This document shows, one piece after another, positions 1-12,029 of a DNA stretch of 64,000 bases. The first letter of the stretch is position 1. Every line of letters starts with the position of its first letter. Origin of the DNA: Phoronis australis (Eukaryota > Animalia > Phoronida). The DNA lies in contig NMRA01000105.1 of assembly GCA_002633005.1 (NCBI GenBank), forward strand, positions 784,010-848,009, in the 5' to 3' direction. The notes beneath the pieces are model-generated. The model had not been told where the DNA came from, did not search any database, and saw nothing but the letters and a program-made list of their open reading frames with translations. A program made the translations under genes and the position numbers.

Positions 1-1539
1 ATCCCAGAACCGTGGATTGTGTACGCTTAGCCGCCAAATTAGTCCAAATCTGACAACATGAACTCAGGGTGAGCAGGGTGAGGGGACAACCAGGGGAGGA
101 AAAGAAAAGAATCTGTCATGACCTATAAAGTTTGAAAAATGCGAATCATGAAATCAATTATGTTACATGAGTGAACCATGACGCGACCCATCGACCCTTC
201 TCTACTCATGTAAAGCTCCAACGAAAAAACCCGACGATATGGAAAGAGAACCCATTAAAGGTCACCCCAGACGGGGACCTACGAGCTCTGTTCAAGTGAC
301 AATTCAGTTGCCGAGCTGACGCCAAGGCGTAAAATACGAGGAGGAAAGGTAACCTTTGTTTAAAACGCACCAAGTCTAACGAACATACACAGCGGAAAGG
401 TCTTTTCACTGTCAAAATGCCACAATGTGAAAATTGTTGCGAAAAAAGCACCTCCTCGTAGCGTCAGGTGGTCAGTCACATTACGACCCCTTATTGTTCT
501 GACCTTGACGGGGGTGTCAGGTCAGCTGTCATTCATTTGAGGAAGACAACACATCTCGCAGCTTTCCGCCGTCTGCGGTGTCCATTGGCTCACATCCCTC
601 GATTGGTATGAGGGTTTACACGCGTTCAAGTGGCATAGAACGTGAAAAACAGACTAAACTGCAATGTTCAAAGTGGTTGGCTCAGGCTGACATTGAAACA
701 GAAATCAAACTGTTCACCACGTATATTATGGTTTCTTCGTAAAGACTCTGAATTTCTGTTGATGTCAAAGCATTCATCCTTCAAATCTCGAATAACGCCC
801 TGTCGACTGCTCGTCATTTCGTCGATTTTTTCTCCCACACGGCAAAACATACCTCCTTAAATAGCACTTTTCCCTCATGTGACCTTTTGACCTTTGATGT
901 AAGCTAACAATAGCGACTACAAGCCGCAGCCAGTCCAACTTGAGCACACTCCATATATATTATTAGAATTTGAAAAAATTGTATTGATTGGGATGAGAGG
1001 GGTTTTATTTCGTCTGTGTCACAAAAACAGCGCGTCTACCAATTGTTTCTGGAAAGTCTTGCAATATTCATGGTGAATAACGCTCATGTTAGCATCCCCC
1101 AAAAAGTAGATTCGCCACGATCTGTTTAAAAGCTATTTTTACGAGTTTTTACGTTCCATGCCTCTTCAAGAAAAAGAAATCGTAAAGAAAGCCTAAGTGA
1201 GCCATGAGTTGACCTCATTTGCATTCGAGACGCATAGATCGCTCCGTCAGCGGTGGCCATAACTTTGGCCATGAATATTCAATAGCAATTTTACTACAGA
1301 CGAAAATGATACTTACGCTGACATTTTCAACGAACAAATAAAAATGCCAGTACGAAATACGTACGTGTTCCCACATGTTATTAACACAGTCAGAAACTGC
1401 TCCTTCGGCTTCACGTGTTTTGCCAAGGAATATAGAGCTACCTTGACGTCGAGGCTCATCGCGTCACTTTGCGTCACCAGTCTATTCATCAATGCACGAC
1501 ACAGCGTCTTGTAAGACTGGAAATAATAAAACAAAGCCA

Positions 1540-1679
1540 GGCGTGTGTTCAGTAATGCTAGGACCTAGCTGAAATCTACCCAAAGTTACGTGTTCGCATT
1601 TAAAATACACGGCAATATCTCACGTAATCTCGTTAAGTCTTACTTTTTAGCCAGGTCCTAGCGTTACTGAACGGGAGCC
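1540..1679. mobile_element. MITE family A (about 130 bp, about 28 bp TIRs)
   Basis: gttcagtaatgctaggacctagctgaaa ... tttttagccaggtcctagcgttactgaac; related copies at about 7013-7151 and 46718-46825. Confidence 0.7.
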
Positions 1680-2276
1680 AGGGTTACAAGTTGTCTGTTA
1701 GCTACGACTTTGCCCGGGATTTTCTCGACGAAGGACTTTTTTTCATTGTAGTGGCGCCGCAGTGGGCTATTTTGGTCGGTTAAGAAGAGGAACGATCAGA
1801 CTGGTGGGAGTACTGGCCGACCGGACTCACGCGCCTACTTGGGCTCGGAGATGCTAGTTAGATATTTAGGTGGCATGGTGCACATAAGAGATGAAGCTGA
1901 GCATATGAAAAGTTAGCATTTTTGTAGTACACCCTACGACTGAACCACCAGAAAGTCGTTTGGAATCATCATGTTCGTTAGATTGGTAAAATATATTTAG
2001 TTTGTGTTCATTACGAACGTATTTAAGATTGCTAACCGAGTTAATGGTCCTTGGTAATGCTTCCACTATCTCCTTTAAGGCAACAAGCGCCAAGCGACTC
2101 TCTAGTGTACCTGGTTTGAGTATTTGTTGAGTAAGGTAATCGCAAATAGCACTCATTTGTCTATCCGAAAGCCCATTTGCTCGGCTTATATGATGATAAA
2201 ACAGTCGCCGAATTTGGTTAGTGGTCGCTATGTCATCCTTCCTAAAAATAGTTAAAAAGAGACATTAATAACGGCG

Positions 2277-2363
2277 ATGATGATGATGCTTCTTCTTCTC
2301 CTGGTGGTGGTGGTGGTGGTGGTGGTGCTGCTGCTGCTGGTGATGGTGGTGGTGGTGCTGCTG
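2277..2363. repeat. Compound trinucleotide microsatellite (ATG/CTT/GTG/CTG)
   Basis: Seen directly; it explains the homopolymeric ORFs in several frames. Confidence 0.9.
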
Positions 2364-2590
2364 CATGTGCGCACCCAAGGGGGCCCCCATTTGGCGAAGT
2401 GGGCAAAAAGGTCCGCCTCAGAGAAACAAAAAGTCCGAGAGAACGAGACAAATGTCCACTGAAAAGGCAAAGACGCACAGTGGAGGTGATACCCCGTTTT
2501 TTAGTCCTTCCGCTTTTTTGGCACCAAAATCAAAGGGTCCACATCGCCAGAAATTCGACCCCCCCATATTAAAGGCAGGGTGCCCGCATG
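2364..2590. mobile_element. MITE family B, hAT-like, with apparent 8-bp TSD
   Basis: Termini catgtgcgcaccc ... gggtgcccgcatg, flanked by tgctgctg at 2356-2363 and 2591-2598. The internal sequence gaagtgggcaaaaaggtccgcctcagagaaaca recurs at about 37228-37320. Confidence 0.65.
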
Positions 2591-5500
2591 TGCTGCTGCT
2601 GGCTCATGATAATAATGTAACAGTAGACGTTTCAAGGATAACCATGTTCTGTCCTGAATACAGTTCTTTTTTCAAGAAGCCGTATATCACAGTTCTGTTC
2701 TAATGAACACATTTTTTCATATTGCTTACCTTGATCCTGAACCCGACCTACATCACAAGTACTTATTTATTGAAACTGGAGATTATTTCAGGACTTGACT
2801 GATTGAGATCAGGCTCTACGAGCTGGCTTACCACGGCGCGTCATTTTATGCGTCGAGTATGGTGTCAGTGAATAATGTCAGCTGCCAAGTCTTTGCAAAC
2901 TCAGAAATGGCTTCTCATTTGAATAAGAAACAATATGAGACGACTCTTGTAGCGTTATGTTAAGTTTGCAAATCAAAAGTTATCTTCTGGGAGGTTTGTA
3001 GCCACTTTTATGAAACATGTTCTTCAGAACCGAGCTATGGTGCATTTATGGTGCATTCATTACGAAGAACGCTGCAAATTGCGGTGGTTTTAAACATGTT
3101 CTTTCCTTTACACTGACCAGTTTAGAACACGAGATGAGTATCATCAGTCGAAAGGATATCACAAAACGTTTCCGTTTCATAACTTTCAGCCCTGTTGTGT
3201 TTGCCTTGTTTTAGTAATAATTTTTAAAAGTGAACGGAGTTCCCGCATACCGGTAACCTCATTGCATTTGGTTGCTGTTGAATGAGTACCCATAATGCAT
3301 AAGCCAGTTTTCACTCACCACGGCGGCCATTTTAGATAGTGCACCACCAAAAATAAGAACTCATAATTTCAGAAATTCATATTAAATTCAATTAAGTGTG
3401 AAAAATATTTGGAGTTGTGTTGAATGGGCATCGCTTGGGTTTCAGTTTCGAATGAACCAGCTTGCATTAAAATCCGTTTTATGAGGATTTTTACTAAAAT
3501 GAAGTGGAAAGTGAATCTTTAAGAGAGAGAGAATGACTGTCCAGACTAAAAAAAGAAAAATAATAACAACGACAGAGCGTGTACCTTTGTTGTAAGTCAC
3601 TCCACTGGGTTGACTCCAGGATCTTTTTTGGATTAATAAGGGGCGTCAAGTCTTCTTGTAGGATGTAAAATAATGGCTTCTCATCTCTCTCAGGGACCAT
3701 TCCAAGCCTGAGTCACACGATATTTCAAAGACAGATTATTCTCGAAACACTCTCTGAAGCAATGCGATTATGTTGCAAGAACGTTGTCATTTACGACACT
3801 TTAATTCACACCTTAAGGAGCGCCGATTTCATCGGTCAATTACTGGTCTCAAATCGACTTTTTTACGGATAGCGAAAATCGATACCTGCGTAAACTTGTA
3901 GGATTACTCAACCAATCCAGTAAGTACCAGACATTCCATCGGTAAACTGGTAGTTAATTTTGGATAGATGCTACCAGCTTATTTGTATCTATGATAAACT
4001 GAATGTCCACACGCTTGAAATACTACTAAAACGAAGAGATCTCTATAGGTCGCATATTTACGTCTGCTGGCGACGCTGGTTTAGGTGATCGCAATCCCAC
4101 AATACTTTAACGTCTCGCGCCATGTGTAAAAAAATCGATGCAGTATCTACTGGCATTCTAGCTGTTTTGCAACATGGCTTCGTTTCATGTTCCTTTTAAC
4201 GACGAAGATTCACCAACATACCTGCTGTCGTCCACATTTTGACGGCGTAATCGCTTTTTAACTTGTTTGTGGGAAACGTTTCCGTCTGTTAGGGAATAAT
4301 AAGCTCACCGATTAATTGGGCTGAAGAGAATGATTTTTTGAAGAATGACACTTGAACAGCCTTCAAACAGCGACAAAATCATAGAAAATTATCAAGGGCA
4401 AACTGGAATAGTTTAGTTTCCTCTGACAAATTGATAGTGGTAGTGACCAATTTTCTTTATTCAGGAAAGCTCGATCAAAAAGACATGGACAACAAGATTG
4501 GTTATTTGAGATCGTCCCCAGCGAGAAATCAAATTCTCAGGCTCATGATAAGCGATCACTGTACAACGCCTTGCTGGCGGAGCTAATCCGCAATTCCATA
4601 TATACCGTCAACTGACCAACGTCTTCTACTGATGATATCACGTGGCGGGAAACCAAAAAATTTTTAAAATTCAAAATTCCTCAATTATTTCTCAAAACAT
4701 GTGCTTTTTTAGTAAGAGTAAGAGTACGCGGTCTCAAAAAGTGCAGTAGGAACGTTTTAAATGTGCAAATGATTGTCAACCAACTGTGAAAACTAGCTAT
4801 TTGTAACAAAATCACAAAACACAATAGATTTTGTTGCTTTATAGCTTTGGTAAACACTAATAGATTTAAGGAGTCAATCTCATCCAGAGATAGTCACAAC
4901 AGTATTTTTCAGCGCTAAAACCACGCATTTCTCATGAAAAAGATATGGATCTGCAATCTTTAAACAAGGTTTCAAAGACGTTAAGTAGTAATGTGAGAAC
5001 CAGGTGCGATGGCCGGGTGCGCTCACAAGGTATGACAAAACAGCACTAACTCTTTTCGGTGTACCAACGGCAGTAACGGATAGTTGTTGAATTAGACTTA
5101 ATTTTGAATGTAAATGTGTTGTAAAAGGTGTCTCACCGCTGGAAAATGTACGGCATGTACACGAGAGGTCGCTTTCATCAATCGCAAAGAAGAGCTTCGA
5201 GTCTGGGATTGGCTTCAGGTTTTGAAAATTCTTGATTATTGGTCTGTGCACAGTTAAATATTGGCGTTGAACGCATGCACTTGAGCCAGCTGGTGGTAAA
5301 TTTGAAAAAGTATTGGAAAGGCAGGCAGGTATATAAAATGAAACGAGTGCAAAATAAGCGCAAGAATCAATACCATACATAAACACAAGAATTTTTCGAG
5401 CGTAAAGTAAGGGACCTAGAAAGTATCAGGTCAAATATTTGGCGGGAAAATCGGTGAACAACACAGGGAGACTCAAAACTAGTTGATGAAATTTCTATGG

Positions 5501-7012
5501 CGCTAGGAATTCATGAAGAAAACATTCTACACATTGCAAACATTTTAAGTCTAGTTTGCACGCCATCTGTTGGTCACATCATATGACATTAACACATGCC
5601 ACATATGGTCTAGATGTATTTAGGCCTACTTGTTTTTATGCTTCTGTCACTAGCTCTATTGGTAGCAATGGAAAGACGAATCTTGCTTTGTACCAAGTGA
5701 CTCTGAGACGTCATAATGTTTTGCTGATGGTACTTCTCCTATGTGACGTAGCTTTTACGCATTTCATAGTGCTTGTAGAATAAATGTGTTCTGGGCCCAA
5801 CAAGGATTAGCTGTAGACAGCGCAATACCACACCCTTTGTGTTTCCAACAATAAACCTAATTTGGTGGAAATAATTACAGGGACATTACTGTCTAACCAA
5901 TATTTACGCGCTCAGTTAACTCAGGCAGGTATTTGTGTGAATAGGCCGGACTTGCTGCTTGACTAGGGAAAAGCACCTCTCCTAGGCTAACCTTGGTGTA
6001 GCAAGGTCTGTAAACGCTATTATCATGGCATGAGGGTCTACTCTAAGAACTCTCGCTCTACTACATATGAGTCACTGACACCCTAAAACTTATCCAATCG
6101 CGTCACATGATTCGAGTATAAATTTGTTTGTTAACTCCGTCGATGGAATTGATATAAATTTTTGACTCGAGTTACGTGAGGAGATTAGACACGACGTTCT
6201 GATATATTTTTGACATGACTCATCGTGTCTCGGATCATTTCCTTCGATCACATTTCGCGAGTATGTGAATTTGCTCCTTTTTAACTGTCAATGTCGGATT
6301 GCGTTCCACGGAGCAAAATTCTTGCGAGAAAAGCGAGATTGGTTAACTCGTCGAGAGAAATCGCCATGCATTACAAGCCGAACACATGATCGCTTTATCT
6401 TCACTATCTAGTGAACGCTCCTCGGGTTCAGAGGTCATGTCTGCATATGACGTCATTTCTGAATTAAAATTAACACCACCAGATAAGGGTTGGCTGTCGA
6501 AAATACAGAATTTTTGTTGTCGTCATACAGGCTACAAGCCCGCGTTCCGCCCAAGAAGCCAATTTTTTATTTAGACCAGCTACCGCTATCCGGTCTACAC
6601 TTATTCTTTTCTCAGATGGGAAGGGCTTCTGGAATTGAAAGGATCCGCCAGATTTCGTGGTTTCTTGAAACTATGCTCGTCCAACTTGTTGCCGAGCCTC
6701 GGTCTCAAACCATGACTGTGAGTTTTTTCGAAGCTCTAAAATCATGTCACGTGAAATTTGATGGGACCAATTTCAGAGCGATTACGGGTTTAAATCAAAA
6801 TTTGTTTTTTTGTGATGAGAGACAGCTTCCGAAGGTAGCACTTCTGTTCGCAAAAGTTGTAATTTTACGTTAAATGCAAGACTCTCCCTAGCCTAGTACC
6901 ATAACAAGACTAGACGGTCCCGGTCCCTTCTGGCTCATAACTAGTGATAGAGAAGACGTAGAGTAACTTAACAACGGAAAGCTGGCCCTCACAACGTATA
7001 TGAGCACATACT

Positions 7013-7151
7013 GGCGTGCGTTCAGCAACGCTAGGACCCGGCCTACGTTAGGGCCTAGCTAAAGTCTAATCATAGTCACGAGTTCTAGTCATTTAAACTA
7101 CACGGCAATATCTCACGTGCTTTTTAGCTAGGTCCTAGCGTTACTGCAACG
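7013..7151. mobile_element. MITE family A copy
   Basis: gttcagcaacgctaggacc ... cacggcaatatctcacgt ... ggtcctagcgttactg, matches 1540-1679. Confidence 0.65.
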
Positions 7152-8595
7152 ATAGGCTGGTCTCCTCATCAAAATAGTTCTCATTTACTTTTAATTCTTT
7201 AATCCTATGTTGATGTTCGCTAGGTAAAGGGAACACAATCTCATTGTTCGCATATACTGTGCTGAGCAAGACGTATCAGGCGGGTCAGCTCCAAATAAGA
7301 AAGCGCGAATACTGTCAAGAATTTGACTGTATAGAAGCTGTAGAATAGATCGAAGCTACACTACTCCGTGCAACAAATTCTATCAACAATGGTACATCCA
7401 ACAAGTCATTTTCGGGAAAACTCAAACATAAATTACTACCACCAAACTTCAGTTTTCAAAGATAGCCCGGTGAACTCTTAGAAGATGCTTTAACATCTTT
7501 TCTGAGCAATTCAGACATATTATTGCATTATCTTGACAGTAACAAAGAGAACATATCGAAATGTCGACAGATGTGGCAAAGTTCAGCTTGACCAAACTTA
7601 GCGTCTTCGTTTATGTCAGTTTTGCATTACTTGCCCATCAACCCGTGGGATTTTCCACTATTAGGTGGGACATGGTCCCACACGAGACGTTACAAAATGA
7701 TGGAAACTTTACCCCTAGACAATTTTACTTTCGACGACCCCCTGGTCCCCACTTCGATTCTTTCGAACCATTAACAGCAGGAAGCCAAAATACTCACCCG
7801 AGACGATTCAATGAGACCGTGATCTACCCCCAGAACAACTGTCCTCCCGAGACGATCGGTGCCTGAGAAGGCAATACATTACAGAGACGGTACGAGATGG
7901 TACCTTATCTACCAAAGTAAATACCCACTTGAGAAGACACAACGATACCCTAGTTGGCAATGAACACTTTCCTCACCTGCCAACCGCTCCTAATGGAAAG
8001 CCACACTTCCCCTCAGTCATAACTTTGCAATCTCAAGAAAAGGAGCAACTAATATAGCAGTCCCGTGAAACGGGTATTTCGGATTGGATCCGTCGTTTAG
8101 CAGCAATTTAAAAGTTTAATACCTCTAAGTCTGTGTGAATAACTGGTCCTCGAAATCGACCGTCTTGGGCAACGAGCATAACTAGGCACGGGCAATAACC
8201 TGTGATGCATGTTATGCAAAGACCGTTCAACTTGCGTTCAGCAATGTCTTTTTTTCATCAATACAACAATAAACGTCGTCACAAAGAAATTTTCCTATTG
8301 TTGAAAACCCCGACTTCTGAGTGGCGCGTAGGAGCTATGCGCCTGAGTTGCCAAATGCTTGTTTGAACGGAATGAGAAATGCAAGAAATTGTGCCTTGAA
8401 AACAGCCAATCGCGTGGACTGGTCAGATGTAGGAAATGGGGATTCACTTTAGTTCGATGGACGCCTAGTCATTCAGCGTGGAGAGGGATGATCACGTAAT
8501 AAGTTCAAATTTTGTTAAAACTACAGTGCTGCGCGTTTTGTGTGCAATAATCCTCCACACAGGGAATGCTGTGGAGTTGCTGATGTTTTGAGTAT

Positions 8596-8740
8596 CATGG
8601 GCGGTGCAGCACTAAAAATGGGGGGCTAGAGACCCATCAGCCCCCCTGTGGTGCACCGCCTATAGACTATGTGCGGCGTAGCACTGAAAATAGTGGGCTA
8701 TAGCCCCTCCCCCCCAGCCCTCTATGGTGCGCCGCCCATG
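8596..8740. mobile_element. MITE family C (about 70 bp GC-rich unit, catgggcggcgca TIR), tandem dimer
   Basis: catgggcggtgca ... tgcgccgcccatg flanked by agtat on both sides; monomer at 43135-43204, dimer at 44180-44328. Confidence 0.65.
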
Positions 8741-10464
8741 AGTATATATCAAGCTAACGCAATACCCAGATGTGCTATTCAACTTTGCTGAGGGACTCAA
8801 AATAGTCCCGGGTCTTTTACAATAGATCAATTTTATTCCAGACCAAGATCACCCATGGACAAGTAAACGAGCAATACAAAGAGCGCAGTAAACCACGCAA
8901 GTCTTTCATCCGAGGTGCAAATGAAAGTTGACATTCATTACACGCATAAATTGCTTTCAGCAGTACTGCTTCAAAATGGTGAAACATTGCTCTTCCGAAA
9001 ACCAGTCAGATATGCTGAAGTCAGAACGTAACTTTAATATTCATGGAAAGAAGCAAACTGAAATACAACTTAAAGAAACACGCAGTTTAATTTAGACGTT
9101 AATCTGGTTTTAAACATAGAGATAAACAAAAAGACCTTAAGAAAAGAGACTAGTTCCAATGAGAATTCCACGAATGTCATTGTCAGCTAATGAAGTGAAT
9201 GAATGAGCAGAATGAAGGTTTCCGGCAAAATTGTCATTTTATGAACTGACAGTGATTTCCACACTTCAGTGCAATGCCAAAGCACTAATTTCGGGTAGAC
9301 GCGTTTCTTGCTCACCAAGGAATCCAAGTTATTACATGAGAAAGTTAAGCAGATTAGATGTGAGAACATGACACGTCACTGATTTTTTGACACATGGCTA
9401 AATCTTACAGTATCCCAGAAAACACTCCATGAGCTTTTTTGGTTAATCTTGTTAAAGACAAAGACTGTGGCTATCGGGAAATCTGTGTGGCCATGGTGCG
9501 AAACTACGGTGTAGATTGCATAGCGTTCGAAGGTGACCTTAATTTGTAAATATATCCGGTGAGTGGAATCAGCGCTTTAAAAAATTGTAATAGAAATGTA
9601 AAAAATGAATCGTTCTGACTGGAGGCCGTATGGTTCAGTTCTCCAATTTTTCTACATATCACCAAAAGGAGGGAACTTTTTAAAAACGATAATAGGGTTT
9701 TATTCTCTGCACTTTGACCTTCCTTGGTCATCTAAGGAGTGACTAAAATGCTAGGAAAGGCAACAGAACCCGCCAGGAAGATATACGTAAGAAAACAACA
9801 CAAAAGTAACACAATGGGTTGTCAAGCAATACATACACAAGTGTGAAACCCAATAGAGAAGACTATGGAGACACCTACCGAGCAGCTGACGGCACTAAAA
9901 TAATTTCAGTGTCTTGGTGACTTTGTTAAGGGATGCTCAGATCACCAAAAATTCACGTACTCTACTACAAAAATCAATTTACCTCTAATTACAAACAAGA
10001 TGAAAATGTCCTTTGAAAAATCATTCATGATAACTGTAACTCCAGGCGACCGGTTAAAAGTTATAATTTATTATCGGAATAAGAAAACAAAAAAAATCTG
10101 TTTATTCGAAACTACGAAGCCACTACAAAGGTCAAAACTTCGGCTATGTGTAATTTGGTTTATCAGTTTACTTTCCCCCTTTCCGTACTTTCGCTTGCTC
10201 TACCGTGAACTGTGCGACGCCCGAACCTGTGGCAATTCTGGGCGATATTAGGGTCTTTTGGAAAAACAAAAACTGAAATAGTGTCTAACCGATTGGTGTT
10301 ACTGAATCCTCTGTACATGCTACTTTTCACAATACTCAGTGGAACTCAGTTTTGAACAAACCTTTTCGGCTCGCTTCTGTTGTAGAACAACACGATGTTG
10401 GAACAGGATCTACTGACGTCACACAAAAATTTAATTATATAGCTTTTTAAAAAATTACCTGAAA

Positions 10465-10672
10465 CACTGTTATTGTGTGCTGCATCTCCAAGTGCTTTCA
10501 TCAGCTTGAATGCATCCTCATCGATAATTTCGGCCCCTAATCTAGAATCATCTCGGATACCGGGTCCCCGAAGTTGATCAGGCTTCGGTCATCACTTGGA
10601 GTGCCACCTGTTGTCTCGCTGTAACCATAACCACGACGACGCCTCTTCAGCAGATCTCATCACTGACTGCAC
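10465..10672 (-). mobile_element. 3' terminal fragment of a HERO/NeSL-type (RLE) non-LTR retrotransposon
   Basis: Minus-strand 10672-10592 translates VQSVMRSAEEASSWLWLQRDNRWHSK*, resembling the AExASxWLWxxR C-terminus of HERO ORFs; a short 3' UTR follows. Confidence 0.5.
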
Positions 10673-10946
10673 CGAATTATATATATTTCTTGTTTAAAAG
10701 TACACAAATTGAAGACGAAAACTTAAAATATCATTAAAAATTTGTTGGCAACCGAATTCAAGCATTTATGACCATGGTGTGAAGGGTAAAAAGAGTGTTA
10801 AAAATAGCTTGACGTTTAGTGAGATTATATTTCATTAGTATAAATCGGTACAAAAGATGACATTACTGGCCAAAAATCAATCATACGGAACTACAGAAAA
10901 CAATAATGATGTAAATACCTGCATATATACACACCATAGACATATG

Positions 10947-11029
10947 CATACATACATACATACATACATACATACATACAAACATACATACAAACATACA
11001 TACATACATACATACATACATACATACAT
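10947..11029. repeat. (CATA)n microsatellite
   Basis: Seen directly. Confidence 0.95.
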
Positions 11030-12029
11030 CTATACATGCAAATGGACCCACACACATGTTAAGTTACGTAAAGATTAAATACACCAGTGCATTTTTGTAA
11101 TTTAGGAAGACGCAAAAACGTCACAACAAAAATAAATTATGTATAATATGAACCATGCGGTAAAGAAGTATAAGGCCATTCGAAACTTTGGAAACGAGAA
11201 TTCTACCCGGGAGCCAACTCACCCTTCATTTAAAGGGGTTTGGTGTCGGACTCACCCCAACAGCAGTTGTGCATTAAAACACGGATGACATCGGGAACGG
11301 TGGATGATACCCGATGTAAACGGATTGAGGGTCACGTTAAAGTAGATATTTTGTCATGTTTTGCATTTCTAACCTAATATATAAACTGAAAAGAATACGA
11401 CAGAACCAAAAATACTTGCACAGGTAAAAATGAATTTCTGTCTCCAAAAATAATATGGCATGTTAGAGATACACTTTTGTCATCTTAACATGCTGGAAGA
11501 AAAACAACGACCTCAGAAAACGGCAACGGATACGTGTACGTGGGCTTGTGTTATGCCCGAGATTTGAAGGGGGTTGGAGACGCGGTCGGGGTGCAAGCTC
11601 ACATGCAAAAAGTGAGCAGACATGCTTATATACAAGCATACGTATGCAAGGGATGGCCGAGTGCGTCTTTAAGTGAGGTTACAACGTATCTCCTTGAAAA
11701 AAGCGACATTATTCGGAACATGGAAAGATATAGGCACGGCGTGAAGACGCGCAAAACTTAGCGACCCTGGCTGTCGATAACGGAGGAGTGAGACCTCGGT
11801 CAACCATTGAAGCTATTGACGTTAACAGCTAGACATTGATAGTGCCCCGAGACTGCATTAACTATAGGACCCTTATATAGTTGGGTGGTATCAGCGACAA
11901 TATCCAGGTCGTCTACATAAAATAGGGCACGGAGTTTCAAGGTTCACAGGGTCACTTTCAGAGACGTCAGAGGCGGCCGTATTCTCATTCCGGAGGATCT
12001 GAACAGGAGACGCAAGAGGGTCGGACAAG

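Noticed and set aside
1-960. Possible exon of a neighbouring minus-strand gene
   Set aside because: Short ORFs with stops, no recognisable domain or convincing splice pair.
2242-2478. Poly-Pro/Ala, poly-Thr and poly-Val/Leu ORFs
   Set aside because: Translations of a trinucleotide microsatellite plus a MITE.
4880-5386. 168-aa minus-strand ORF
   Set aside because: No recognisable motif, non-ATG start and no supporting exon chain; probably chance or TE debris.
10495-10535. Permuted hammerhead in the HERO-like 3' UTR (minus-strand CGAAA...CTGATGA)
   Set aside because: Could not build stems I and II or a cleavage triplet.
11905-11930. TATA-like tacataaaa upstream of MAO1
   Set aside because: Weak match with no transcription start evidence.
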